Below are positions 14,150 to 27,944 of a stretch of DNA of 64,000 bases, in pieces. This DNA comes from Eledone cirrhosa. Taxonomy: Eukaryota. The stretch is taken from contig OZ024748.1 in NCBI GenBank assembly GCA_964016885.1, forward strand, positions 57,102,001-57,166,000, read 5' to 3'. Made by a program: the position numbers and the translations under genes. The notes beneath the pieces were generated by a model that made no database searches, was not told where the DNA came from, and saw only the letters and a list, made by a program, of their open reading frames with translations. How positions within the stretch are numbered: position 1 is the first letter of the stretch; every line of letters begins with the position of its first letter.

Positions 14150-15560
14150 GTGGTTTGGTCAAGGTGGTGTTAGTGGCGGTAGCTGTGGACATGGTGGCGT
14201 TAGTGGTGGTGGTGGTGGTGGTGGTGGTAGCTGTGGACGTGGTGTTAGTGGGGGTTTGGTCAAGGTGGTGTTAGTGGCGGTAGCCGTGGACGTGGTGGCG
14301 TTAGTGGTGGTGGTGGTGGTGGTAGTTGTGGACGTGGTGTTAGTGGTGGTTTGGTCAAGGTGGTATTAGTGGCGGTAGCCGTAGACGTGGTGGCGTTAGT
14401 GGTGGTGGTGGTAGCTGTGGACGTGGTGTTAGTGGGGGTTTGGTCAAGGTGGTGTTAGTGGCGGTAGCCGTGGACGTGGTGGCGTTAGTGGTGGTGGTGG
14501 TGGTGGTAGCTGTGGACGTGGTGGCGTTAGTGCTGGTGGTGGTGGTGGTGGTGGTAGTTGTGGACGTGGTGTTAGTGGTGGTTTGGTCAAGGTGGTGTTA
14601 GTGGCGGTAGCCGTGGACGTGGTGGCGTTAGTGGTGGTGGTGGTAGCCGTGGATGTGGTGGCGTTAGTGGTGGTGGTGGTGGTGGTGGTGGTTGTGGACG
14701 TGGTGTTAGTGGTGGTTTGGTCAAGGTGGTGTTAGTGGCGGTAGCCGTGGACGTGGTGGCGTTAGTGGTGGCGTTAGTGGTGGCGTTAGTGGTGGTGGTG
14801 GTGGTGGTAGTTGTGGACGTGGTGTTAGTGGCGGTAGCCGTGGATGTGGTGGTGTTAGTAGTGGAAGTGGTGCTGGTGGTGGTGGTTTGGTCAAGGTGGC
14901 GTTAGCGGCAGTAGCAGTGAACGAGGTGGCGTTAGTGGTGGTGGCTGTGGACGTGGTGGTCAAGGTGGTGGTAGTGGGGGCAGTAGCAGTGGACGTGGTG
15001 GTGTTAGTAATGGTAGTAGTGGTGTTGGCTGTGAATGTGGTGGCGTTGGTGGTGGAAGTGGTGCTGGTGGTCAAGGAGGTGTTTGTGACAGAAGCAGTGG
15101 ACGTGGGTGATGTAATTGGTGGAAGCAGTGGTGGAAGTGGTGGTGTTGGCAGTATCACTGGACGTGGGTGGTGTTAGTGGTCGAGGTGATGGTGGTGTTG
15201 GTGGTGGTGGTAGTGGTGGTGGTCAATGTGGTATTAGTGGCAGTAGCAGTGGATGTGGTGGTGTTAGTGGTGGTGGTGTTGGTGGTGGTGGTCGTGGTGG
15301 TGGTAGTGTTGTAAGTGGTTGTGGTGGTGGTGGTGGTAGTTGTGGACGTGGTGGTGGTGGTGGTGCTAGTGGTGTTGCTAGTGGTGGTGGTGGTGGTGGT
15401 AGTGGTGGTTGTCAAGAAGGTGTTAGTGGTCGAGGTGATGGTGGTGGTGTTAGTGGTGGTGTTGGTGGTGGTCAAGAAGGCGTTAGTGGCAGTAGCAGTG
15501 GACGTGGGTGATGTAATTGTTGGAAGTGGTGGAAGTGGTGGTGGTGGTGCGGTGGTGGGG
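14150..15560. repeat. GTG-rich minisatellite
   Basis: Recurrent ggtttggtcaaggtggtgttagtggcggtagccgtggacgtgg units. Confidence 0.9.
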
Positions 15561-16059
15561 GGTTTGAGGTATTACACTGCCGTGGAGATGACAAGAGAGC
15601 AGGGGAAGGAAGGAAGGAGGGGTGTTGGGAATAAGAGGAGGAGGGATAAGGTTTTGTAGTAGGTTGGTCAGAATTGGAGTAGTGGTGTGGTGTGAGGGTT
15701 GAATAGAATGTGGGAGGGGGCGTCGTGCTGAGTGAGTGGGGGTGTGAGATAGGGGTGAATAAAGATTAAAGAGGATGTAAGGGAGGGGTTAGGTAAAGGT
15801 GTTACGTCGATGAAAGAATGAAAGGAAGAGGATGGGGCAGGTTTGTTTAAGTACAAGTGTACGTATTAGTCTTTGTATGTGTGCGGCGTGTGTGTGTGTG
15901 TATGTGTGTGTGTGTGTGTGTTAATGGAGAAGGGAAGGAGGTGGTGGGGGATGATGAGAAGAAGAAGAAGAAGATAACACTAGTGGACATTAGAGTGGAA
16001 TGAGGACGTTGAAGTGGCGCTTGATGTGATGTGACGGTGTGAGTTTAGTGTAACATAGT

Positions 16060-16560
16060 GGCTGGCTGGCGGGTTTGTTGGCTGTCAGGCTGGTTGGTTG
16101 GCTGACTGATTGGACGGCTGAGTGGCTGGGTGGTTGGCTGGCTAGTTGCTTGGTTGGCTGACTGATTGGACGGCTGAGTGGCTGGGTGGTTGGCTGGCTA
16201 GTTGCTTGGTTGGCTGACTGATTGGACGGCTGAGTGGCTGGGTGGTTGGCTGGCTAGTTGCTTGGTTGGCTGACTGGTTGGTCGGCTGAGTGGCTGGTTT
16301 GTTGGCTGGTTAGTTGCTTGGTTGGCTGACTGGTTGCTTGGTTGGCTGGTAGGTTGGTCGGCTGAGTGGCTGTTTGGTTGGCTGGCTGTTAGGCTGGTTT
16401 GTTGGCTGAATGGTTGATTTGCTGGCTGGTTGGTTGGCGGTCAGGCTGGTTGGCTGGTTGATTGGTTGGTTGGCAGACTGGTTAGCTGGCTTGTTGGTTG
16501 GCTGGCTTGTTGGTTGGCTGGCTAGTTGGCTAGAGGTTTATTGATTTGTTGGCTAGCTGG
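16060..16560. repeat. GGTT/GGCT-rich minisatellite (~59-bp higher-order unit)
   Basis: gattggacggctgagtggctgggtggttggctggctagttgcttggttggctgact-type unit repeated. Confidence 0.85.
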
Positions 16561-16725
16561 TACAAGGCCAGCCATATCCAGTGCGTTACTGGTATTTTAT
16601 TTTATCGACCCTGTAAAGATGAAAGGCAAAGTTAACATCGGCGGGATTTAAACTCAGACCGTAAATGGCCGTAACTCTATGCTGCAAAGCATGGCTTACG
16701 ACCCTCTACCGATTCTGCCAATCAA
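16561..16725 (-). mobile_element. tRNA-derived SINE, major family
   Basis: Reverse complement of the family consensus. Confidence 0.8.
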
Positions 16726-16879
16726 CCAATCAACCAAACAACAATAATGTTCATGAACTTTTACTTTAATGGTTCCCACAAATTTCTTTACCAAGGACCC
16801 CTTTTATTTAAATGAATTTTCCCACTGACCCCAGGCCACCTACTACAGTTGATGTTCTTCCGCATTATTGTACAGTTTA

Positions 16880-17075
16880 GGTAAGGCGGTGGATTGGCAG
16901 TATCGGTAGAAGGTCGGTCGCCATGCTTTGACACATAGAGTTACGGCCCTTGCCATTCTGAGTTCAAATCTCGCTGAGGTTAACTTTTCCTTTCATCCTT
17001 ACGGGGTCGATAAAATAAAGTACCAGTAATACACTGGGTAATTGCTGGCCTTGTGCCAAAAGTAGACACAATTAT
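16880..17075 (+). mobile_element. Full-length SINE with 16-bp TSD
   Basis: attattgtacagttta at 16864 and 17071. Confidence 0.9.
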
Positions 17076-17789
17076 TGTACAGTTTAAATAATAATAAAAA
17101 TACGAAAATATTTAAAATTAGATCAGAATTGATACCCCATAGCATGTGTATATTATGTTTTAATGATTTTAATAGATTATTTGAACGTTTGAACTTAGTT
17201 CAAGAACTCCCCACTCCATCTTTTACAGAATCCCAGACTTTCTGAAGGAATGTTCCACCCATAAACTTTCCAGCTTTTCCCTCTGTCTACATGAAGTAAA
17301 TTAAAACAGTCTGCCCTTGGTGTGTCGGGTGAAGGTGGAAGAGAAATTACCACAATAATGATTTCTTATCTTGGCACAACGCCATTAATATCGTGGTTTA
17401 TTTGTTTATTTTTTGGCGTGTGTGTTTTTTTAAAAATATATTTGAAAGAGGGGAGTATTTAATCGATTTCACAACTTAATTGGCTATTGAAATTATCGAT
17501 CGTTAATCGGTATGGAACTAATGTTCTATTTCCAAACACCTTAAAAATTAGAATTGATTTACCTCCTAGTTCCGGGTTCAATCCAAACAAACTGAGCGTG
17601 GAGTATGCGTGTTCGACCTCAATAAACATTAAAATATGCACACACTCACACAAGACATATATATATATATAAATATATATACATGTGTGTGTGTGTGTGA
17701 GTGTGTGTATAGGCATAAAACAAATATAGACCTTGAAGCTTCATTTACCAATTGATGGTGAAAAACCGGGAGGGGTAAATTTCATCAAC

Positions 17790-17820
<31 letters not shown>

Positions 17821-17837
17821 TGTATGTATGTATGAGT

Positions 17838-17870
<33 letters not shown>

Positions 17871-17873
<3 letters not shown>

Positions 17874-18035
17874 ATATAGAAATGACTTCTACAAGACTAG
17901 AACTGTTTCACTCGAAGGAAATCATTCGAATGAAACAGTTCTAGTCCTGTATAAGCCATTTCTATATTAAAAATTCATACTCTGCTATGTATTGTGTACT
18001 TTACTTACTGTTGTTACACCCGATTAAACCCACGA
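17871..18035. mobile_element. Fold-back element family C (partial hammerhead)
   Basis: ttaatatagaaatgacttctacaagactagaactgtttca...tgaaacagttctagtcctgtataagccatttctatattaa palindrome plus tail. Confidence 0.7.
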
Positions 18036-18036
18036 T

Positions 18037-18077
<41 letters not shown>

Positions 18078-18081
<4 letters not shown>

Positions 18082-18179
18082 AAAAAGTATGACCCCGACG
18101 GCAGAGCTCAAGCCGTTTCGACGGCTATTTCTGGACTCAGTCCAGAAATAGCCGTCGAAACGGCTTGAGCTCTGCCGTC
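18078..18179. mobile_element. Fold-back element family A, copy 3 (right arm truncated)
   Basis: Same palindrome as at 5323; ends at ...gccgtc and abuts family B. Confidence 0.7.
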
Positions 18180-18253
18180 AAGATTGTTTTTCTCTGGATA
18201 CCGTCAAGGTTGTTTTTCCCCGGGTACGTCAACATTTATAAAACAAATTTTGT

Positions 18254-18317
18254 ATTTTATCTGATGAAAGCGCACAAAAATTTGCCTTGGTTGCCATTGA
18301 AATATATATAATAAAAT
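18254..18317 (+). ncRNA. Hammerhead ribozyme motif, family B
   Basis: ATTTTAT CTGATGA AAGCGCAC...CATT GAAA TATATAT A ATAAAAT (stem II weakened). Confidence 0.7.
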
Positions 18318-18376
18318 AATTATGGTTTTATAAATATAGTTTCCATTTATTAATATATTGTATATATATATATACA

Positions 18377-18435
<59 letters not shown>

Positions 18436-18477
18436 CATATACTGTACCGATTGTGTTGTTATTTCTGTTTACCTTTT

Positions 18478-18521
<44 letters not shown>

Positions 18522-18614
18522 GTATGTATAAAAGGTAAACAGAAATAACAACACAATCGGTATAGTATAAGGAAGGGATATATTAGGTTAACGCTTGGTG
18601 TAGCAGGAAGCGGG

Positions 18615-18650
18615 TCTTAACGTTTCGGACGCTAGTCCGTCATCAGAAGA
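18615..18650 (-). ncRNA. Minimal hammerhead ribozyme, family E
   Basis: TCTT CTGATGA C GGAC TAGC GTCC GAAA CGT T AAGA. The element tail is also present as an inverted pair at 18423-18580. Confidence 0.8.
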
Positions 18651-19058
18651 AAGAATATATATCCAATGTTGTCTACCATTCGTGGTAGTGTCCGTACTGT
18701 AGATAGAACTCAATGTAATCTGATAGCAAGTAATCCAGTGAAATTCAGAGTGATCGAACCTATATATGAAATCTGATAGTATACAGGTATATAACTGCTA
18801 TAGATCAGTCAATATGTCAATATGATCAACCGTCCGAAACGATCGTAGAATAGGTAAAACGATCGTATGAATAGGTAAAATATCGATGGGTTTTGGACAG
18901 TTTCCTTCTAACAAATCTGCCAGGCAATCCTTTAGTTAATCCGATTCTACAGTGGAAATCACACGCTCAAGGTATCAAGCAGCTGGCTGGTTGCGAAGAG
19001 AAATATTTAACCACACAGCCATGCTTTTCCGATAATTTTCCTATGCTTCGTATTTATG

Positions 19059-19147
<89 letters not shown>

Positions 19148-19156
19148 ATAAATACT

Positions 19157-19222
<66 letters not shown>

Positions 19223-19261
19223 TGTTCGTACTGCCTCTCTGTTTTGTTCCCGTTCAATTTT

Positions 19262-19340
<79 letters not shown>

Positions 19341-19529
19341 CAAGAGGTGTAATCATATACAACTTGTTATAACAGATAACACTTGAATGGTCATTTACAA
19401 ATCAATATTCGATTTTACTAACGAAGATGGCACTAGTTGAAATTCTCTGTTGTTCGTCCGATATAGAATTAAAGCAAATTACTTATATATATATAACCTG
19501 TGTGCGTCTACGTTTATGAGTCTGTGTGT

Positions 19530-20365
19530 GCATGTATGTGTGTATTTCTGTGTGTAGGAATTAGGTGTGAGTGTTTGTGTGTGTTTGTGTGTGTTGGAAT
19601 TATGTGTGAGTATTTGTGTGTGTACGAATTATGTGTGAGTGTCTGTGTGTGTTTGTGTGTGTAGGAATTATGTGTGAGTATTTGTGTGCGTTTGTGTTTG
19701 TAGGAATTATGTGTAAGTGTTTGTGTGTGTAGGAATTATGTGTGAGTGTTTGTGTGTGTTTGTGTGTGTAGGAATTATGTGTAAGTATTTGTGTGTGTTG
19801 GAATTATGTGCGAGTGTTTGTGTGCGTTTGTGTGTGTAGGAATTATGTGTGAGTATTTGTGTGTGTAGGAATTATGTGTGAGTATTTGTGTGTGTAGGAA
19901 TTATGTGTGAGTGTTTGTGTGTGTAGGAATTATGTGTGAGTGTTTGTGTGTGTAGAAATTATGTGTGAGTGTTTGTGTGTGTAGGAATTATGTGTGAGTG
20001 TTTGTGTGTGTAGGAATTATGTGTGAGTGTTTGTGTGTGTAGGAATTATGTGTGAGTGTTTGTGTGTGTAGAAATTATGTGTGAGTGTTTGTGTGTGTAG
20101 GAATTATGTGTGAGTGTTTGTGTGTGTAGGAATTATGTGTGAGTGTTTGTGTGTGTAGGAATTATGTGTGAGTGTTTGTGTGTGTTTGTGTGTGTAGGAA
20201 TTATGTGTGAGTATTTTATGTGTGAGTATTTGTGTGTGTAGGAATTATGTGTGAGTATTTGTGTGTGTTGGAATTATGTGCGAGTGTTTGTGTGCGTTTG
20301 TGTGTGTAGGAATTATGTGTGAGTGTTTGTGTGTGTTTGTGTGTGTAGGTATTATGTGTGAGTGC
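19530..20365. repeat. 29-bp minisatellite
   Basis: gtgtgtgtaggaattatgtgtgagtgttt tandem. Confidence 0.9.
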
Positions 20366-20631
20366 TTGTCTGTGTTACTGTGTTTTTGTGTGTGTTTCTA
20401 TGTAGGGAGAATCTATGTGAATACGTTTTTTTTCCTATCTATAAGTATATCTTTAGATGTTAGTACTAACACTAATGACTATGTGTATGTTTGCTGTGTA
20501 TGTGTTAGTGTTAGTGTGTATGCGCTTTAGTCCTAATAGCATCACAATTATTTTACCTAGAACACCCAATAACCAATTACTCCAGTCATATTGTTTTTTT
20601 TTTCCTTTTAAGAAGAACAAATCTTCCGAGT

Positions 20632-20692
<61 letters not shown>

Positions 20693-21640
20693 CTCTCTCT
20701 CTCTCTCTCTCTCACTCTCTCACTCTCTTTCTCTCCAATCTCTCTCTCTCTCTGCTTCTCTCCCTTATTATCTCTCTCTATCTCTCTCTGCTTCCCTCTT
20801 ATTCTCTCTCTCCCTCCCATCCTCTCTGCTTCTCTCCCTCTCATCCCCCCACTCTCTCTTAATTTCTATATCTCTATCACTGTCTATTTATCTCTCATTA
20901 CAACATATTTTTAAAACTATTCTTAAACTCATACACACACACGCACGCATGTGTGTGTATGTGGGTGTTTGTGGGCGGTGTGTGTGTGTGTAGGGGGGGG
21001 GGGGGGGGGGGCACCGAGGCCTAAAATCACCCAAGGCTGTAAAGGTTAATAACTATGTCATATCTGAAATATTTGAACGATTTCATTTTGTCTTTACAAA
21101 GTTTATATATAAATGGAATTATATATAGACTATTTAAGGAACCATTTCTAGATACTCCTTTCAATGTTCTCATCTACAAAGCTGTACCCCATTTTAGTGT
21201 ATATATGGACCTGTAGCATATGGTAGAGTCTTACGGACATTATACTGTCACATGGCGTTTCTTGAGCATTTTGCGCTCCTGCGACACCGGCAGCATCTTT
21301 TTTACTCTATAAAAACACGGCTGAATACATTGAAGCTTTTGGTTCATTAGAGCAAAACACAGTCTTCCAGAGCGTTACCAATCATTTATGGAACTCGTTC
21401 CATAAAAACTTCTGATTAAATCACGAATCATCCACTCAGTCATGGAGTTGGCACACACATTCAGTGAATTCGTAACAAATGTTGAATTCTAATTTTCATT
21501 CTTTCTTGTATCGTGTACAATACCTTTATTAGATTCTGGAAACAAATTATAATTAAAATGAATCTGGCCGTTATGGACTTTGAAATGCAGGAAAATTATA
21601 CACAATCTAGAGTCTAAGAAAAGCTATCACACTAAACAAA

Positions 21641-21689
<49 letters not shown>

Positions 21690-21693
<4 letters not shown>

Positions 21694-22102
21694 TATTTTC
21701 CGTTGTGTTGTAATATAAAATACAAAACCAACCACGCATATCTTTACTATTTCTAATCCTTCTATAGATTTAGAAAAATAACCAATAATATATTCTATAA
21801 AAAATGTCAAAACAACAGATGGGAATCTAATTACTCACTGCCACCAAGAATTCTCACTGCTATCGAAAAACCACTCCTTCAACTATTCTTCTAACAACTT
21901 CACCCCTCCCTCCTAATATTCTCTATAAAAACTAAATAGGTCCTCAGTAATATTATTCTGATGAAATGACTAAATAATAACATTGAAATATTGAATGTCT
22001 GCATAACTAAGTTTGTAGATAGCAGCTGTTTTAGGTTATGTAACTGTTATAGAAACACGTGTCAATAAATTCCTTTCAACTAAACTGTATCCATTCAAAT
22101 CT

Positions 22103-22105
<3 letters not shown>
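21690..22105 (+). mobile_element. Probable Penelope-like 3' end (possible GIY-YIG C-terminus relic + degenerate hammerhead)
   Basis: CTGATGA AATG...CATT GAAA TATT GAAT at 21958-21996, preceded by a decayed coding-like stretch (gctatcgaaaaacc...cttcacccctccctc); flanked by (TA)n. Confidence 0.45.
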
Positions 22106-22137
<32 letters not shown>

Positions 22138-22147
<10 letters not shown>

Positions 22148-22420
22148 GTAGTTTAGAAAGCCACAACAATGCAGATAGGAAATCTCGAAGTAGGAAGTGA
22201 GTGAGAAATAGGAGAAAAGTGAAAATTGAGAGAAACGAAAAAACGAAAACAAAACAAAGGTAGAAGGGTTACCGTAGTGGAGATTTAATCCCAATATTTT
22301 GGGCTCACGCCCATCAACGGGGGGAAGTTCCAATTTTCACTTTTCTCCTATTACTCACTCACTTCCTACCTCGAGATTTCCCATCTGCATTGCTGTGGCT
22401 TTCTAAACTACATATTTTAC
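22138..22420. mobile_element. Fold-back element with degenerate hammerhead in the spacer
   Basis: Arms 22138-22227 and 22331-22420. Minus 22324-22290: CCC CCGTTGAT GGGC GTGA GCCC AAAA TATT GGG. Confidence 0.55.
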
Positions 22421-22454
22421 ACATTTCACAATGCTTCAAGCAAACTTTAACACC

Positions 22455-22516
<62 letters not shown>

Positions 22517-22741
22517 ACATTTTTATACAGATGAAATTTGATAGAAAAAATCTGAAAGTATCATTTCATTTTAAATGCATCATAAAAACAAACGTTATAT
22601 AACATATATATATATATATAAAGAGAGAGAGAGTCAGAGAGAGAGAGAGAGAGAGAGGGGGGGAGAGAGAGAGAGAGAGTGAGAGAGAGAAAGTTTAAAT
22701 TTGAAATTTGAAATGTAGTTGTTCCAACGCAAATGGCTATA

Positions 22742-22932
22742 ATGATTATTCCTACTTTTGGCACAAGGCCAGCAATTATCCCAGTGCATTACTGGTACTT
22801 TATTGTATCGACCCCGTAAGGATGAAAGGCAAAGTTAACCTCGGCGGGATTTGAACTCAGATTGTAAAGGGCCGTAACTCTAAGCTGCAAAGCATTGTAT
22901 CCGACCCTCTACCGATACTGCCAATCCACCAA
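22742..22932 (-). mobile_element. tRNA-derived SINE, major family
   Basis: Reverse complement of consensus. Confidence 0.85.
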
Positions 22933-23133
22933 ATTGGAGGTCTATCAATAATATGGAGATGTAATACCGGAAACGAATATACTAGTCAAAGATATAGACA
23001 TCTACGTAGTCACTTGATGTGTTAAACATAATAGCTGAACTCAGATCATATAGATAATAATAGTCGATCGCTATGGATCATAGTTGAGAGGATGAGGTAA
23101 AATACCCCTAGCGACAGAAAAATATTATTATTA

Positions 23134-23320
23134 TGGTGGATTGGCAGAATCGGTAGAGGGTCGGACGCCATGCTTTGACGCATAGAGTTATGGCCCTTGC
23201 CATTCCGAGGTTAACTTTGCCTTTCATCTTTATGGGGGTCGATAAAATAAAGTACCAGTAATACACTGGGTGATTGCTGGCCTTATGACAAAAGTAGAAA
23301 CAATTATTATTATTATTATT
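23134..23320 (+). mobile_element. tRNA-derived SINE in (ATT)n
   Basis: Consensus with B-box deletion; ATT repeats on both sides. Confidence 0.85.
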
Positions 23321-24829
23321 CTCAAGAATTTTGTATTCTATTTTATATGCACAATACCCGAGTGGTGTGAATATAAGGTACTTTCTGTATAATCGTGTAT
23401 CAGTTTTTCGGGGATGGGTATTTTGCTTGGATAACCTTGTTTGGTATTTTGGATTTATATAATTATCGGTAAAATGGTGCTAAATATTTACAGTCTTATT
23501 AATCAACTTAGAACACTATAATGGTGTCAAATTCACACTTAAATCTCGATAATTAATGCTGAGGAAGCAGAGGCATGGCTAATATATTTTAAATCCAAAC
23601 TACTTATAGAAGACACTAAGCCTGAAGAGATTAATCCAAAATTCTATGCATTAGTGACATCAATTTAATCATTAAACTAAAGGCAGGAAATCATTAACTG
23701 GTTCTCTTTTCTTGCTTTAGGTCCGAACATTTTAAGCTGCTTAAGATGAGTTTTTCTTTGTGTTTACCTAATTCTTTTTTAAACAGTACACTTTAAATAT
23801 TCAAATGAACCAACTTAAATTGTTTCCATAACAATTGTCTCTTCAACAATTGAAGATTGTTCATTTGAAGATATAAAAAGTGTTGATTAAAAGGTAGCTA
23901 AACCGAATGACATACAACTGAGGTTATAATGTTTGAACCTGAAGCAAAAATGGTTTCCTATTAAGAATCACTGCTCATAGATACCGCTAATGATTTCCCG
24001 TTATGACTATAAATATTCATGTAAATATCCAACAATCAAAGATTACCTAGAATCAAAGCTTATATATAATATTGTTCGTTTGTTGTTTTGTTGTTTCGGG
24101 GAAGGTGTAGTGCTTTTTTTTCTTTTACACGCAATCAGCTGTGCTTAGAAAACAGATTTTAGCTTATTTAAGCAGTTCACTAAAGACGTTCATCTCCAAT
24201 CTAGCAACCCTTTTTCTAATGGTATTCTCAGAGAAAGCATTGCATCTCGGGTCAATAGTACTGTCATATACAGGGTCACAAAAATGTTATGCACCAGTAA
24301 AAAAAAACTTTGCTATAATATCTTCATATTTGTTATGTTTTTAAGGAAATGTGATAAATGTTAATAAAATTATGATTATTTATATTTCAGAACCATACCA
24401 CAGAAGTTGTCAATAAATGAACGTATTGAAGTTATCCTTTTGTGTGGTAGAGTTTGGTTTGTGACCCTTGAGTCATCCAGTATATAATTAGGGTACTACT
24501 TACTGATGTGTACTTGTGATGAATTTCACCCGGGATGGGTTCAGCCGGCTCTATTGAAGGAGTTCCCGATGTAAGTTCATTTCAATGGAGTTTCTTCGGG
24601 TGTTTCGTTTCACAAGCAGTGCTCAGGCGCGGGTATATGCACTTTAGCATCGTGCAAGCCAAGCTTTGCATCGCTTGTAGCACCGAGCTCACGCTTTCAC
24701 AACCAACCCCATTTGGTCGAGCCAGTGCCGCGACGGGGACGCAGAGTAGGGAGTTTGAACGGCAGAGGTGATAAACACAACCTATTTCAGCCATTTTTAA
24801 AGCCAGCGGTAACTCATCCCACTGCCCAG

Positions 24830-25090
24830 GTTAGATCAGTATAGTTAGGGTGTTCGGCTTGGGATTGCAAGGTCGTTTGTTCGATTCCTAGGGGGCGGTA
24901 CGTTGTTTCTTTTAGTTACCTGTAATTTAAAAGACCAGCTTTGTCACACCTATCACACCGAATCTCCCCGAGAACTACGTTACGGATGCACGTATCTCTG
25001 GCATATTGATTGACTTACAATTTAATTTCCCGAGCAACTGGAACCTAAAACACTCATCGTCGCAACCGGTGGAAGTCCAACAACAATAAC
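24830..25090 (+). mobile_element. Old tRNA-derived SINE (second family)
   Basis: tagttagggtgttcggc...gttcgattcct head; (CAA)n tail. Confidence 0.45.
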
Positions 25091-25324
25091 AGAGTATCTG
25101 TTGATAGTTGAATGTATATTTGGATTATTATAGGTCATCTAATATCAATAATAATATTTATGGTGGTATTCCGTTGAGATCACGTGACGTAATGTACGTA
25201 TTAGACATGCGTCTGTGTGGGTGTTCTATTAAGTATGTGTACTTACGTTGTGTGATATAATATATACTTGTCTTTGTGCCTATGTGCATATGTATATGTA
25301 CGTGTGTGTGTGGTGTTTATGTGT

Positions 25325-25615
25325 TTATGGTGGTGGTGGAGGTGGTGGTGGTTGTGGTAGTGGTGGTGGTGGAGGTGGTGGTGGTGGTGGTGTTTGTAGT
25401 GATGGTGGTGGTGGTGGTTGTGGTAGTGGTGGTGGTGGAGGTGATGGCGGTGGTGGTGGTGGTGGTTGTGGTAGTGGTGGTGGTGGAAGAGATGGTGGTG
25501 TTTGTAGTGATAGTGGTGGTGGAGGGGATGGTGTTTGTAGTGGTGGTGGTAGTGGTGGTGGTGGTTGTGGTAGTGGTGGTGGTGGAGGTGATGGTGGTGG
25601 TGGTGGTGGAGGTGT
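25325..25615. repeat. GGT-rich triplet repeat
   Basis: Degenerate (GGT)n. Confidence 0.9.
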
Positions 25616-25701
25616 GTGATCTTAAGTAACATAGTCCAGCTATTTAGTTGTCATTCTACAAGACTAACTGATCGTAGCGGAAGATGAAGAATAGGGTAAT
25701 G

Positions 25702-25754
<53 letters not shown>

Positions 25755-26642
25755 GGAGGAGAGGGAGATGGAGTATAATGAAGGGATAGTACTAGATAGG
25801 GGGGAAGGTGAGGGACGAGGGGAGGGTAGTGAGGGGAGAAAGGTGGAGCGCGAGAGAAGGTAGGTGAGGGACGTGGGGAGGAAGGGGAGGGTGAGAGAAG
25901 GTAGGTGAAGGATGAGGGGAGGAAGGGGGAGGGCCAGAGAAGGTAGGTGAGGGACGAGGGGTGGAAGGTGAAGAGCAAGGGAAGGAAGATGAAGGAGATG
26001 AGAAAGAAGACGAGGGCGAGGGAAGGAAGGAAAGAAGGGAGGATGGAAAATGGCCTGAATTTATCTGGACAATGGTCAGAACAATTGAAGGTGGTTGGTA
26101 ATGGCTGTCCTACACTGACCGACAAATGCAACCAAACCATTTTCTCCATTACATGCTTTCATAGTGTGTGTATATATGTTACAGTATGTGTGTTTAATAG
26201 TGTGTGTATGCTTCAGTATGTGTGATTTAGTGTGTGATGTGGGCTTTCATTGTATGTATGTGTTTGTGATCTATGGGAGTGTGCTTATATCTATATGTGT
26301 AATTTATGAGCAGGTTGTATTTAAGCGTGTTTGCGTGTGTATGCACGTGTGTGTGTGTGTGCGTACATGGGTGTGCGCAAGTAGAGTATGTATGTGTAGG
26401 AAGGAACCTGGTGTTACGTAATGCACAAGCACGTGTGTCTGTTTATATGGTGTATGACACGAGATATCGACATATATATTGTTTGTTGGCATGGGGTAGG
26501 AGATGCTTGTACATCTTTGTATACATACATAAATATATATATATGTGTGTGTGTGTTTGTGTGTGTGTGTGTATGTGTGTGTGTACATATTGATATATAC
26601 ATATAGATAGGTAGGCAGATACGTAAGTAAATAAATAAATAG

Positions 26643-26696
<54 letters not shown>

Positions 26697-26699
26697 TAT

Positions 26700-26791
<92 letters not shown>

Positions 26792-27384
26792 GGTATAGAG
26801 ATAGATGGATAGAGAGATAGAGAGATATAAAGAGTGATAGCTAATGGCAGTAAGTAATGGGTGGGTATGTGATGGAGTTGGGTAGAGAGATCAAAGCATT
26901 GAGTTATGGATTGAGACAGGTATGAGTTTAGGTGTTTTAGGACGAAAAGGAGACGAATGAGTGAACAGTGGACAGTGGAGGGTGGAGGGTGGAGGGTGGA
27001 GTAGACAGAGACAGAGACGGAGATGGAGATGGATGGGGGAATGATGCGTGTATTGTTGGCTGGAGAGATAGAAAACAATCATATCTGCAAGAAATGATGA
27101 TTTTGAGAAAGATGGCGACTATTGGAACATTGATTACAATGGTTATGATGATGTTGAAGAGGAGAAGGAAGAAGAAGAAGAAGAAGAAGAAGAAGAAGAA
27201 GAAGAAGAAGAAGAAGAAGAAGAAGAAGAAGAAGAAGAAGAAGAAGAAGAAGAAGAAGAAATGGACGAGGAAACTGACCGTAAAGATTTATCTTGAGTGG
27301 CTATAAATGGAGGAGGCACGTGAGGAAATGCGTGCGCGCGCGCACTCACGCACGCACACACACACACACACACACGCACACACA

Positions 27385-27458
<74 letters not shown>

Positions 27459-27459
27459 A

Positions 27460-27634
27460 TTGTTTCTACGTAAGGCAGAAGGCCAGCTATTACCAGTGTA
27501 TTACTGGTACTTTATTTTATCGACCCCCGTAAGGATGAAAGGCAAAGTTAACCTCGGCGGGATTTGAACTCAGACTGTAAAGGGACGTAACTATGCTAGA
27601 AAGCATGGCATCCAACCCTCTACCGATACTGCCA
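27460..27634 (-). mobile_element. tRNA-derived SINE, major family
   Basis: Reverse complement of consensus. Confidence 0.85.
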
Positions 27635-27944
27635 GTGTGTGTGTGTGTATGTGTGTGTGTATGTGTGTGTGTGTAACTGATTGATATGTATATCAGTTTC
27701 ACAAGATCCCGTATAAAGATGATAGAAATTGCTTGCTTAAACTTTTAATCTGTACTGATAATATATATATATATGTGTGTGTATGTGTGTGTGTGTGTAT
27801 GTGTGTGTATGTGTGTGTGTTAAGTATTTCCGCGGAAATGTTAAAGGAACGAAGAGTGCTCTATGTATAGTACAGAGCCATCTAATTATGTAATTATTCC
27901 GTGGAATAATTATATTGTGTCGTTAATTACATTATATATATATA

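Noticed and set aside
14717-15659. Gly/Val/Thr-rich ORFs (also 25243-25632, 29924-30265)
   Set aside because: Triplet-repeat artefacts
24270-24450. Possible Tc1 TIR and transposase N-terminus
   Set aside because: No second TIR or catalytic motif seen
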